In this document: piece by piece, positions 1 to 7,823 of the stretch
Layout: each line of letters begins with the position of its first letter
Position numbering within the stretch: position 1 is the stretch's first letter
Virus record (IMG/VR): IMGVR_UViG_3300045836_000108
Span: 64,001-102,929 of that record
Source: a virus
Lineage: Duplodnaviria; Heunggongvirae; Uroviricota; Caudoviricetes
Direction: 5' to 3' (one strand)
Length of the DNA: 38,929 nt
Translations under genes and position numbers: made by a program
The notes under the pieces: model-generated
Told to the model about the DNA's origin: nothing
Databases searched by the model: none
The model's input: only the letters and a program-made list of their open reading frames with translations

Positions 1-93
1 GACCTCCAGGAACTTGGCGTGGAGAGCGATATCGAATACGGCCAGCTGGATCAGAACCTGGATGCGGACCTTGATCTTGTCTTCCGTGCTCAA
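1..93 (-). CDS. hypothetical protein, 5' part only (runs off window)
   Basis: GGAGGAGG RBS 5 nt before TTG at 93; open frame MSTEDKIKVRIQVLIQLAVFDIALHAKFLEV to the window edge; not in the ORF track. Confidence 0.5.
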   Translation of the reverse strand, partial: MSTEDKIKVRIQVLIQLAVFDIALHAKFLEV

Positions 94-149
94 CTGTTCC
101 TCCTCCGGTTGAATAGCCCCTCGAACGTAGCGACGGCGGTAAACGTAGT

Positions 150-183
150 AAAGCCCCCGGGGAGACGAACTCCCCGGGGGCTT
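150..183 (-). terminator. intrinsic terminator
   Basis: 13-bp perfect inverted repeat aagcccccgggga/tccccgggggctt with a U-rich tail on the minus strand, directly after the 194-526 gene. Confidence 0.7.
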
Positions 184-193
184 ACCGGCCAGG

Positions 194-526
194 TTAGACG
201 CGCTTCTGCCTCTCGGCGTCCAGCTCGTCCAGCCGGTCCAGCAGGTCCGCCGTCCTGGGGGCGTACACGTGGGCGTACGTCTCCAGGTCGGTCTGCCGCA
301 GCACGTTGGCCAGCGTGTCTATCACCCAGGTGTTGAGGAACGGCGCCAACTCCTTGCGGAACTTGCGCTCGGCCTCACGGGCCTCAGCCGTGGCCGTCGG
401 CGCGATCGACACCTCGTCGCAGTCGGGGTCGGCCAGCTTGAGAACCATCTCCAGGGCATTCTGGATGCCGTTGTTGCGCAGGTAGTTGAGGCGCTCGGCC
501 TTGGGGTTGTTGACGGACGCGATCAT
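194..526 (-). CDS. hypothetical protein (110 aa)
   Basis: ORF track; CCGGAGGAGAAGC RBS before ATG. Confidence 0.8.
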   Translation of the reverse strand: MIASVNNPKAERLNYLRNNGIQNALEMVLKLADPDCDEVSIAPTATAEAREAERKFRKELAPFLNTWVIDTLANVLRQTDLETYAHVYAPRTADLLDRLDELDAERQKRV

Positions 527-551
527 GCTTCTCCTCCGGTATCGCGCGGTG

Positions 552-920
552 TTACACCAGAGACCTTGTCCTGTTCAGAAACAGGTGGATAGCGGCCATC
601 TCTGCCAGCGCGGCTGCCTGCCCGTAGGCGTTGGTTTTGCGGTCCGGGCTGGTCAGCTCCTGGGAGCGCTTGAAGGCGATGATGCGGACCATCTTCAAAG
701 CGTCGTGCCAGCTGTCGCCCGACTTGGGCTGGATGCTGAACACGAGGTCGCGGAAGAAACAGGCCTGCGCGTAGGCGGTGAGGTCCGGCACCTCGTTGTT
801 GTTAAGGCGTTCGGTAACCTCCAGCTTGGCGTACATGACGCCTTCACCGGCCATGCGCCGCAACCCGCCTTCCGGGTCGTACAAAGCCCTGTTGACGATC
901 TGCGCCTTCGTGTCTCCCAT
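552..920 (-). CDS. hypothetical protein (122 aa)
   Basis: ORF track; GGAGAAGAGGAGC RBS. Confidence 0.8.
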   Translation of the reverse strand: MGDTKAQIVNRALYDPEGGLRRMAGEGVMYAKLEVTERLNNNEVPDLTAYAQACFFRDLVFSIQPKSGDSWHDALKMVRIIAFKRSQELTSPDRKTNAYGQAAALAEMAAIHLFLNRTRSLV

Positions 921-1059
921 GCTCCTCTTCTCCTGCTTCTGCGGCGCAGGCAGGTCTGTTCCTGCGCCTGGTGGCCCTGGCCGGATTTGGACCGGCCGCT
1001 ACCTTGCGGTAGCCCTACCTGGGGGCCGGTCCCCCGGAGGGGACCGGTGTTGCAATCGG

Positions 1060-1260
1060 TTAGACGTCTATTGAGTTCCAGCCCCAGGCCGCCTCCTCCA
1101 GCTCGGCCTCGTAGTCCTCGACCTGCGCCTCCATCCAGGCGTCGCGCTCGCTCTCGTCGCCTTTGTCCACCTCGCCCCGGTCCACCATGTCGTTCCAGGT
1201 GAACATCAGTTCTGCCTGCCACGGAGCCGCCGTGTCCATCTGCGCCTGGGTGTACTTCAT
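1060..1260 (-). CDS. small acidic hypothetical protein (66 aa)
   Basis: Start moved to ATG 1260 (MKYTQAQM), leader GGAGAAGACG-ATG, directly behind the promoter at 1305-1335. Confidence 0.75.
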   Translation of the reverse strand: MKYTQAQMDTAAPWQAELMFTWNDMVDRGEVDKGDESERDAWMEAQVEDYEAELEEAAWGWNSIDV

Positions 1261-1304
1261 CGTCTTCTCCCCTGGGTTCCGCTGGTGTTCCCTTACCGGT
1301 ACCA

Positions 1305-1335
1305 ACTCTAGGGGAATCGCTAAGCTCTGTAAAGC
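1305..1335 (-). promoter_or_regulatory. conserved phage promoter, GCTTTAC-N4-CTTAGCG class
   Basis: Minus strand GCTTTACAGAGCTTAGCGATTCCCCTAGAGT = TTTACA-17-TAGAGT; the motif recurs at 20446, 22268, 27538 and 29049. Confidence 0.75.
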
Positions 1336-1426
1336 TAATCGGATAATCTTCACCCTAGACAGGTAGGTGATGACAAACGCGCAAACGGCGCCCAGCGATT
1401 CGCGGCTGGGCGCCGTCAGACGCCGG

Positions 1427-2566
1427 TCACTCGTACTCCGTGCCGCCCTTGCGGGTCAGATAGTCCGGGTTGATGAACTTGGCGATAGCGCGTCCCGCCA
1501 GCGGGTCCGTGCGGTCGTAGTCAGGCCGCACCACCAAGCCCTCCCGGACGTGGAGCTTGTTGCCGGACACCGTCTCCATGCCCTCTGACAGCTCGCACAA
1601 CATGTCGTAGTCGTACCGGCCCCGAAACAACACCGGCACAGTCGGCATGTCCCGCAGCTCCTTGGGGAGCAAGACCAAGGCCATGTCCCACACCTCACCG
1701 TCCAAGAACTTGGTGACGCCGCCGGTCCGGAACGCAATGTCGAACAGCGCAAACCCGAGAGTTTCGTCCACTCCGGCATCGGCGCCATAGTGCAGGTCCT
1801 GGACGCCCTTGCCGTAAACCTCGCCGAAAAGGGCCACGTACTCCTGCTGGTAGCTGTGCGCCAGGTGCTCCGCGACGTCCTTCAGCCGGTACCGGCGCGC
1901 CGCACGCCAGTACAGGTTCTTGTCAGACTCTTTCAGCGCCAGGTTCTTGGCGCCCTGGCCCTTGGACGACACCCACATACGGTCCTCCGCGCGGCTGTAC
2001 GTCAACATGAAGCAGCTGCCGTGGATCTTCTCCGTGGCAACCACCGGCTCGCCCTCTTCGAACATGCCCGGGAACCGTTTGATGTTCTCGACGTCGGGCC
2101 ACGGGATCAGGTCCGGCGCGGACTCCACCTCACCGGCCATCCCCACCGGCACCGGCGGCACCCACTTGGTGATGCCAAGCCTGTCGGCGTAGTCCTTGTT
2201 CAAGCTCGCGTGACCGTCCCACACCTGCTTGCCGCCCAGAAACAGCGGCTGCGTCAGGTCCCAATCCCACGGGACGGCCAAAGCGTAAGGGCGGCACACG
2301 ATGCCCTGGGACAGCTCTCCGCGCAGCCGTACGGCCTTTACGCGGTCTTTCTCCGGCCCGGCCAGCTTCCCCTCAAGCCCCAACTCCTGAAGCAACCTAG
2401 GAGGCAGTACGGCAGCCTCTGGGATGTACAGGGCGTAGTCTCCCGTCTTGAACTGCGCCTTGCGCACGACGGCACGGAAACCGCCAACCTGCGCCAGCTC
2501 CAACGCGTCGGCGTTCGGGTGCTCCAGCACCGTCAGCTGCTCCAGCTTGACCTTGAACTCGCTCAT
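1427..2566 (-). CDS. ATP-dependent RNA ligase, DRB0094/Rnl5-like family (379 aa)
   Basis: N-terminal HPNADALELAQVGG module; nucleotidyltransferase motifs TEKIHG, LFGEVYG, FALFDI, REGLVV, IAKFIN; RBS GAGGAG before ATG 2566. Confidence 0.9.
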   Translation of the reverse strand: MSEFKVKLEQLTVLEHPNADALELAQVGGFRAVVRKAQFKTGDYALYIPEAAVLPPRLLQELGLEGKLAGPEKDRVKAVRLRGELSQGIVCRPYALAVPWDWDLTQPLFLGGKQVWDGHASLNKDYADRLGITKWVPPVPVGMAGEVESAPDLIPWPDVENIKRFPGMFEEGEPVVATEKIHGSCFMLTYSRAEDRMWVSSKGQGAKNLALKESDKNLYWRAARRYRLKDVAEHLAHSYQQEYVALFGEVYGKGVQDLHYGADAGVDETLGFALFDIAFRTGGVTKFLDGEVWDMALVLLPKELRDMPTVPVLFRGRYDYDMLCELSEGMETVSGNKLHVREGLVVRPDYDRTDPLAGRAIAKFINPDYLTRKGGTEYE

Positions 2567-2745
2567 TCCCGTTTCTCCTCCGGTTTGTCCCTGCCGGGGA
2601 TCCCGCCAGGGTTCTTCTCCATCCACTGCCAGTTGTCGTACGTTCCGCCGACGCCGCATCTGAAGCACCAGTACAGGCGTTTCTCGTCGTTCTCGTAGTA
2701 GGCGTCAGATCCGCACCAGTGACAGATCCTGCGTACAGCCGTCAA
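2563..2745 (-). CDS. small zinc-ribbon protein (60 aa)
   Basis: CHWC...CFRC; GGAGGG RBS before TTG 2745; its stop overlaps the ligase start (ATGA). Confidence 0.65.
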   Translation of the reverse strand: MTAVRRICHWCGSDAYYENDEKRLYWCFRCGVGGTYDNWQWMEKNPGGIPGRDKPEEKRE

Positions 2746-2760
2746 CAGCCCTCCAACGAC

Positions 2761-2794
2761 AAAAGGGGGTGCCCCAGGCCACAGAGGCACCCCC
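2761..2794 (-). terminator. intrinsic terminator after the Ro60 gene
   Basis: ggggtgcc/ggcacccc stem followed by UUUU on the minus strand. Confidence 0.7.
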
Positions 2795-2801
2795 TAGCTT
2801 G

Positions 2802-4433
2802 CTACAGCTCCCACGGCCAACCGGCGTCGTGGCCCCGCGACAGCAAGTCCATCATCTTGAACATGGCGTCGCTGAACCCGCCGATCTCGTACCGGTTCGG
2901 AGCCGACGTGTTGATGGTTGCCTTCTCGTAGCCGTTGGTGTTGATGCCGAACATCGGTACGTCCGGCGGCAGCGTCTCCGACACAGACTGCCTGCCGTAG
3001 GACCACGCCTGCATGTCGGAGACGATGATCACGCGCTTGTGGATCGTTTCCCGGTACGTGGCCCTCAGAGCCTCTACGGTGCGGGTGCCGTGGCCAACGG
3101 AGCCGTTCTTGGCCTTGAACGCTTCGATCTGACGCAGCGCGCTGCCAGCCTTGTTAATGTTGTGCGGGAACTGGCCGTCGGCGAACCCGATCAGGTCCAC
3201 CTCGTTACCGCGCATCGCCAACGCCACGCCGATCAGAGCGCCCACGTCCTCGTGCGTCACCTGCGACTTGGAGGAAACCCGACCCTGCATGGAACCAGAG
3301 GTGTCCACCAACACCAGGCTGCGCCCGTCCAGCTTAGGAAGCGCGGAACACGCAGCATCCAAGCCCTTGTCCAGGGCGTGGCCCCAACGCAGCGACGGCG
3401 CTGCCCGGTACGCCGACAGCAGCCGGTACGGAAACACCCGTGCCTTGCGGATGTCCTCCGGGTCGGAAAGCCGCTCGCACACCGCCTTGGCGACGTCGTC
3501 GGACACCCCGGCCACGTCGAAGTTCCGCAGGTTCCGCATCAAGGCAAACGCCCCCATGGCCGGGATGATCGCTTCCCAAGCGGCCTTGTCCATCGGCCCC
3601 TGGAGCCAACCGGCCAGAGCCTCCCACGTCATGCCAGCCTCGATCAGACGCTGCGACGCGTCCTTGGAGCGGACCAGCTTGCGGCGCTCCGGAACCGGCA
3701 TAGCCATCAGGGCCTGCCGCGCCATCAGGGTCTTGTTGCCCTCCGGCAGCCGGGCGTCCGGACGGTTGTGACGCTTGTCGATGATGTACCGGAACAGTTC
3801 GCCCTGGTAGGACTTGTCCCTGGCCGGGGACGGGTGGGTCAGCTCCAGAACGTCAGCGAACCGGTAGCCGCTGTCCGAGTCCCACTTCAGGAAGTTCTTG
3901 CCGGTGTACAGCTCCTGAACAGCGTCGGCCACACCGCGCTTCACCGGCTTGGGGATGCGGCGGCCGAAGCGGGAAGTCCAGTACGCCAGCAGCTCACCCT
4001 GTTCGTCGGCGCGGACGCAGGCGGCCTTGATGATCCGCCGGTTGAGTCCGTCATTTTCCTGCGGCACGCCCGGCAGAGGCTCCTCGTACAGGGCCAGACG
4101 GGCGTGCACGGCCTCACACGCCGCGACGATGGATGCGGACCGCATGTTGGCCTTGTCGCGGAGCCACGTCACGAAATCCAGCGTCCAGCTGCCGTCCGCG
4201 ACGGCGACCTTGCGGACCAGTTCCCGGTACCGCTGATCACGGGTGTTGGCGTCCTCATAGAACGTGGCCTCGCCCACCATGTTGGTGACGGCCAACAGAA
4301 CCAGAGCCGACTTGTCGTCGTGGACCCACGCCTTGCCGCCTTCGTGGCTGACGGTCTGGACGCCGGTGTTCCCCATGGGCGACTTGGCCGGGTGGACGTA
4401 CGGCTTGGCTTCATTGGTGTTGAACTTGGCCAT
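2802..4433 (-). CDS. rsr: Ro60/Rsr orthologue (TROVE domain plus C-terminal vWA, 543 aa)
   Basis: TROVE hallmarks EATFYE, WLRDKANMRS, RRIPKPVKRGVADA, MTWEAL, MGAFALMRNLRNF, FPYRLLSAY; vWA MIDAS LVDTSGSM, GHGT, IIVSDMQ; RBS AAGGAGG. Confidence 0.95.
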   Translation of the reverse strand: MAKFNTNEAKPYVHPAKSPMGNTGVQTVSHEGGKAWVHDDKSALVLLAVTNMVGEATFYEDANTRDQRYRELVRKVAVADGSWTLDFVTWLRDKANMRSASIVAACEAVHARLALYEEPLPGVPQENDGLNRRIIKAACVRADEQGELLAYWTSRFGRRIPKPVKRGVADAVQELYTGKNFLKWDSDSGYRFADVLELTHPSPARDKSYQGELFRYIIDKRHNRPDARLPEGNKTLMARQALMAMPVPERRKLVRSKDASQRLIEAGMTWEALAGWLQGPMDKAAWEAIIPAMGAFALMRNLRNFDVAGVSDDVAKAVCERLSDPEDIRKARVFPYRLLSAYRAAPSLRWGHALDKGLDAACSALPKLDGRSLVLVDTSGSMQGRVSSKSQVTHEDVGALIGVALAMRGNEVDLIGFADGQFPHNINKAGSALRQIEAFKAKNGSVGHGTRTVEALRATYRETIHKRVIIVSDMQAWSYGRQSVSETLPPDVPMFGINTNGYEKATINTSAPNRYEIGGFSDAMFKMMDLLSRGHDAGWPWEL

Positions 4434-4464
4434 GGCCGTTCCCTCCTTGACAGAAGGGGAGAAA

Positions 4465-4597
4465 ACGCGGAGGCGTCCGAGATCCAGGCGGCGATGGTTT
4501 CACCGCCCCTTGCGGGGGCGGGTTCAGGGATTGAACCTGTTCCTTGTAAAGGAGTTACCGAAGTAACCATCACCTGCGCACCGGACGCGTTACGCGT
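4465..4597 (-). ncRNA. Y-RNA-like element Y1 (T arm, loop-closed acceptor, no D arm, UAC loop)
   Basis: Ends pair (GCGUCCG/CGGACGC); shared motifs GGUGCGCAGG..ACUUC and GGAUCUC; T arm CAGG-UUCAAUC-CCUG; acceptor hairpin CCGCCCC/GGGGCGG; immediately upstream of Ro60. Confidence 0.75.
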
Positions 4598-4599
4598 CT

Positions 4600-4738
4600 C
4601 CTCCCGAGATCCAATCGGCTGCGGTCAGCAGGGCCGGAGTCGAACCGGCGACCTCCGCCTTACCTTGGCGGTGCTCTACCACCTGAGCTACCCGGATGAA
4701 GTGGTATCCGAAGTAACCGCTGCCTGCGCACCGGGAGG
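4600..4738 (-). ncRNA. Y-RNA-like element Y2 enclosing a normal-order tRNA-Thr(GGU)-like body
   Basis: Terminal stem CCUCCCG/CGGGAGG with Y motifs; interior D arm GCUC/GAGC, anticodon arm CCGCC-AAGGUAA-GGCGG, T arm GCCGG-UUCGACU-CCGGC, only 4-bp acceptor. Confidence 0.75.
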
Positions 4739-4751
4739 TGCACTTGTTCAG

Positions 4752-4905
4752 TTGTGTAGTCCTGAGATCCAAGACGGCGGAGGCTTCCGTGGAGGCCGCT
4801 GTCTTAGGCCGCTAGACGACCGCCCCGTACGGCGCGGACAGGATTCGAACCTGCGATAGGCGGCTTAGGTAAGAAGTATCCCCAACCTACGCACCAGGAC
4901 CACAA
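4752..4905 (-). ncRNA. yrlA: Y-RNA-like element Y3, YrlA-type (tRNA module opened at the anticodon loop)
   Basis: Order: Y 5' strand, GCCGC, T arm GCAGG-UUCGAAU-CCUGU, acceptor hairpin CCGCGCC/GGGGCGG, Glu-like D arm GUCU-AGCGGCCUA-AGAC, GCGGC, Y 3' strand GGAUCUC. Confidence 0.75.
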
Positions 4906-4909
4906 TGTT

Positions 4910-5056
4910 TTGACCTGCCCGAGTTCCAAGCGACTTGGGCAACGTTACATGTTGCCAGTTACACCACGGCCCCGAGGATGGAGCCGACGGGACTCGAACC
5001 CGCATCTTCAAATTTCCAGTTCGAAGTAGCCCAGGTCTTCGCACCGGGCAGGTCAA
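4910..5056 (-). ncRNA. Y-RNA-like element Y4, circularly permuted tRNA module with intact GGA anticodon arm and G3.U70 acceptor
   Basis: 12-bp terminal stem UUGACCUGCCCG/CGGGCAGGUCAA; GGUGCGAAG motif; CUUCGAA-CUGGAAA-UUUGAAG, then T arm, then CGGCUCC-A-UCCUC-GGGGCCG, then D arm GUGU/ACAU. Confidence 0.78.
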
Positions 5057-5104
5057 GCTTGAGCGCCGTCCCCCGGCCGGGGGGGTCGCGGGGGGACGGC
5101 GCAG

Positions 5105-5187
5105 TGAGCGGTGAGGGAATCGAACCCCCGACGCCGAAGCGACGGCTTTACAGGCCGCTGTGACATACCAACAGTCACCAACCGCAC
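5105..5187 (-). tRNA. trnY: tRNA-Tyr(GUA)
   Basis: Cloverleaf with anticodon loop CUGUAAA, long variable arm CGC-UUCG-GCG, T loop UUCGAUU; one acceptor mismatch; no encoded CCA. Confidence 0.85.
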
Positions 5188-5277
5188 TAGTGGCAGATGT
5201 TGGACAGGGTATCTGCCAGACCCATCGCGACCCAACGACTCAGGCTGACCTTTCTCCAAGCCCGCGTTGGGAGCCCG

Positions 5278-5351
5278 TAGCGCGTACCGGATTCGAACCG
5301 GCGATCTTCTCCTTGAAAGGGAGGTGTCCTAGACCTCTAGACGAACGCGCC
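5278..5351 (-). tRNA. trnE: tRNA-Glu(UUC)
   Basis: GGCGCGU/ACGCGCU acceptor, GUCUAGAGGUCUAGGAC D arm, loop CUUUCAA, GGUUCGAAUCC. Confidence 0.9.
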
Positions 5352-5394
5352 TCGCGCGGTCCCCAAGTACAGCCCCGGGGACCACCTTTAGCTG

Positions 5395-5508
5395 CTAGTA
5401 GCCCAAACCGGGCTGGCGGTGCGGGCCGGTCCAGTCGTTGGATTCCGGCTGCTCCTTCTCCTGCTCCTCTTCCTCGTCCGTGTCCGGCGTCTCCGGTTCG
5501 TCGGTCAT
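5395..5508 (-). CDS. 37-aa acidic micro-protein inside the tRNA array
   Basis: CCGGAGGAGAAAAACA-ATG; MTDEPETPDTDEEEEQEKEQPESNDWTGPHRQPGLGY; below the ORF-track cutoff. Confidence 0.6.
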   Translation of the reverse strand: MTDEPETPDTDEEEEQEKEQPESNDWTGPHRQPGLGY

Positions 5509-5601
5509 TGTTTTTCTCCTCCGGTTGCGTGCGGCAGACTCCGCGTGAGGCGGCCTGCCAGCGCCCTGTCCCTACCCGCCCCCACGCGGATAGCACGCGA
5601 G

Positions 5602-5672
5602 CTGCCCTAGCAGGATTCGAACCTGCATTCACTGATCCAAAGTCAGGTGTCCTGCCGTTGGACGATAGGGCA
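5602..5672 (-). tRNA. trnQ: tRNA-Gln(UUG)
   Basis: UGCCCUA/UAGGGCA acceptor, loop CUUUGGA, GGUUCGAAUCC, G73. Confidence 0.92.
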
Positions 5673-5945
5673 GAGTAACGGCCGGTGGCCACCGGCCGTT
5701 ACGCCGTTCTCAGCAAACCGGCCCAGCGTCCGGCACTTTGGGATAACCCTCTGGGCGCTTCTCAGCCTCCTGGCCTTGGCGTGCCAGTACAAGCAGCTCC
5801 ACGGCTCGTGGTCCCCGGAGGGCTTCCCGTTCAATAAGCTCCTGGACCGTCTCGGATAACAGACAAGGCGGGTCAGGAGCGGCAGACTTTGCGCCCTGGG
5901 GTCTGCCTCCCAGGTTCTTCACCGCCCCGTAGGGCGGTACGCGCG

Positions 5946-6017
5946 TACCTCCGGCGGGATTCGAACCCGCGTCAGTCCGCTTAGAAGGCGGTTTCCCATC
6001 CTCTGGGCGACGGAGGT
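5946..6017 (-). tRNA. trnR: tRNA-Arg(UCU)
   Basis: ACCUCCG/CGGAGGU acceptor, loop CUUCUAA, T arm GCGGG-UUCGAAU-CCCGC. Confidence 0.85.
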
Positions 6018-6044
6018 ACGACCGACAAGAGCCGGTCGGGCACT

Positions 6045-6140
6045 TCAGTCCTTCTTGCCGTGGATGCAGCAGCTGCAATAGCCGCAGCAGGAGCCGCTTC
6101 TACAGTTCTTGCACTTCGCTCCCACAAACACCTTCAACAA
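6045..6140 (-). CDS. 31-aa Cys-rich micro-protein inside the tRNA array
   Basis: GGAGGAG RBS 6 nt before TTG; MLKVFVGAKCKNCRSGSCCGYCSCCIHGKKD (7 Cys, 1 His); below the ORF-track cutoff. Confidence 0.6.
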   Translation of the reverse strand: MLKVFVGAKCKNCRSGSCCGYCSCCIHGKKD

Positions 6141-6276
6141 GCGCTTCTCCTCCGGACGGCGTCTGCTACAGGCAGACGTTGGACCAAGGGGCCTGCCAGC
6201 CCTTTCGCAACCCGTAGGTGACACTACGGTGGCCCGTTCCCTTACCCACCCGCCAGTCGTAACAGATAGGGAGGGG

Positions 6277-6350
6277 TAGGCCGCCAGGGGCTCGAACCCT
6301 GAACTCCCTGGTTAAAAGCCAGGTACTCTGCCAGCTTGAGTTAGCGACCC
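6277..6350 (-). tRNA. trnK: tRNA-Lys(UUU)
   Basis: GGGUCGC/GCGGCCU acceptor, CCUGG-CUUUUAA-CCAGG, GGUUCGAGCC. Confidence 0.92.
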
Positions 6351-6667
6351 AAAATGTTGGTCTACCCCACGTACCAACGCGCCTGGTCCAACTCTTCTCT
6401 CCAGGCTCCCGAGACGGACTAGCAGTGACGCGTGTGCCGCTTCCGTCCTCCCCCTTGCGGGGGTTGCTCTAATGCCTGCTATTTGGGGCAGCAGGCGCAG
6501 TAGCCGCAGTGTCTGATCAAGCCGCAGCTACAGATCGTGTTGGCCGATGTCAGCATCCGCTTGAAACGCTTCATCGTCCCCTCCTCTCTGGAGCCGGACG
6601 TCACCGGCCCAGCCTCCAACAACGCTCAATGAAGTTGGAAACCGCGCACGGGCCGGTGACGCCGACG

Positions 6668-6742
6668 TACCCTCAACAGGATTCGAACCTGCACTGTTCT
6701 GCTCCTAAGGCAGACGCCTCCTACCAGTTGGGCTATGAGGGC
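6668..6742 (-). tRNA. trnL: tRNA-Leu(UAG), short variable loop
   Basis: GCCCUCA/UGAGGGU, UCUGC-CUUAGGA-GCAGA, 5-nt variable region ACAGU, A73. Confidence 0.85.
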
Positions 6743-6935
6743 GCGAGGCCCACCGTCCTCCATCGGGCCCGTCGGCCGATATCCAGGCGGACGGTGGGTC
6801 TCTTCAAAGTCCAGGCGGGGAGGCTGTGCCCTAGCTGGCCGCTCAACGGGGGCTTCGCGGCTTCCGGTCCGGGCACTAGTACGGGGCGCTGACCACGGTG
6901 AGCCGTACTGCCTGGTCAGTCCCTTCCTGGACTTG

Positions 6936-7010
6936 CGCTTGTGACGGGACTTGAACCCGCGACCTTCTCCTTGACAGGGAGATGAGCACTCCAGGCTGCT
7001 CCACACAAGC
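6936..7010 (-). tRNA. trnD: tRNA-Asp(GUC)
   Basis: GCUUGUG/CACAAGC, GGAGCAGCCUGGAGUGCUC D arm, loop CUGUCAA, G73. Confidence 0.92.
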
Positions 7011-7081
7011 ATTGACGGCATACAGCGCCCCGGGTATGCCAGCCGGGTATGCACCCACCCCAGAAGGGGTTCAGTTGCGCG

Positions 7082-7153
7082 CGTCCTCGCCAGGGATCGA
7101 ACCTGGGCGCTCCGGACTTCAACCGGATGCTCTTCCAACTGAGCTACAAGGAC
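7082..7153 (-). tRNA. trnF: tRNA-Phe(GAA), atypical G37/U38 and G73
   Basis: GUCCUUG/CGAGGAC, UCCGG-UUGAAGU-CCGGA, CCAGG-UUCGAUC-CCUGG. Confidence 0.82.
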
Positions 7154-7315
7154 AAGCCGCTTGCCTGCTGATCAATGACCCACCCAGGACGCGGTGTAGT
7201 GTCCGGAGATCTCCTGCCGGTTCTACAACGGCAAGCGGCGGCAGACGTGTGCACGGGGTCTGCTAGCCCGCGACCGCTTACGCGGCCTCCGGGGGAGGAG
7301 GAGCGTTAGCGCACG

Positions 7316-7391
7316 TAGCGCAGGTGGGATTTGAACCCACGATCTTTGGGTTATGAGCCCAACGGGATGGACCTAGCTTCCCTACTGCGCG
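7316..7391 (-). tRNA. trnfM: initiator tRNA-fMet(CAU)
   Basis: Unpaired C1:U72, anticodon stem UUGGG/CCCAA with three G-C pairs, loop CUCAUAA. Confidence 0.85.
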
Positions 7392-7608
7392 TCGCGTCCG
7401 TTGTGATCAGTGAAGGAGTCGGGACCCGTCCTGGGATTTGCCCAGGCTCTACACCAACGGACTGAGACAGACGTTCCGCACAGCGGTCTGTCAGCGCTGC
7501 ATCACGGTGGACCCGTTGACGTGAGCGGACGGCAAACAGTTGCACCCGGAGGTTTGCCAGCTCCGGCCGTCGCGAACCCCCCAACCCTTGAGACGTTCCG
7601 CGCGTGCG

Positions 7609-7679
7609 AGCCTTCTGCGGGTGTCGAACCCACGTCTCCACCATGGCAAGGTGGTGTCCTACCGTTGGACTAAGAAGGC
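7609..7679 (-). tRNA. trnG: tRNA-Gly(GCC)
   Basis: GCCUUCU/AGAAGGC, CCACC-UUGCCAU-GGUGG, U73. Confidence 0.9.
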
Positions 7680-7747
7680 GTGCCCGTCCGGCAGTGGGAG
7701 CCGGACGGGACACCGCCACCGTCCCTGGACATGACAGGGGCGGGGGC

Positions 7748-7823
7748 TGGAGCCACCTGCGGGATTCGAACCCGCTATCTGTCGCTTACGAGGCGACCGC
7801 ATGTCCCAACTTGCTCCGGTGGC
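7748..7823 (-). tRNA. trnT: tRNA-Thr(CGU) with encoded CCA
   Basis: GUCGC-CUCGUAA-GCGAC, GCGGG-UUCGAAU-CCCGC, ends UCCA; 7:66 mismatch. Confidence 0.8.

Noticed and set aside
4629-4694. Ordinary tRNA-Thr(GGU) gene
   Set aside because: Only 4 acceptor pairs, A32/A33, and enclosed by the Y stem; treated as part of Y2
2769-4859. 696-aa plus-strand ORF, and similar long ORFs at 1790-2698, 13303-14727, 20454-21776, 23331-24692, 27531-28874 and 36841-38091
   Set aside because: Antisense shadows of well-supported genes in high-GC DNA, with no RBS or recognisable motifs
4465-5056. CRISPR array from the recurring gaagta...cgcacc motif at ~140-150 nt spacing
   Set aside because: The repeats are degenerate, come as two complementary halves enclosing tRNA-like interiors, and no cas genes are present; Y RNAs explain them better
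5710-5870. Small protein gene between tRNA-Arg and tRNA-Gln
   Set aside because: One frame looks protein-like but has no start or RBS; the frame with an RBS runs into tRNA-Gln
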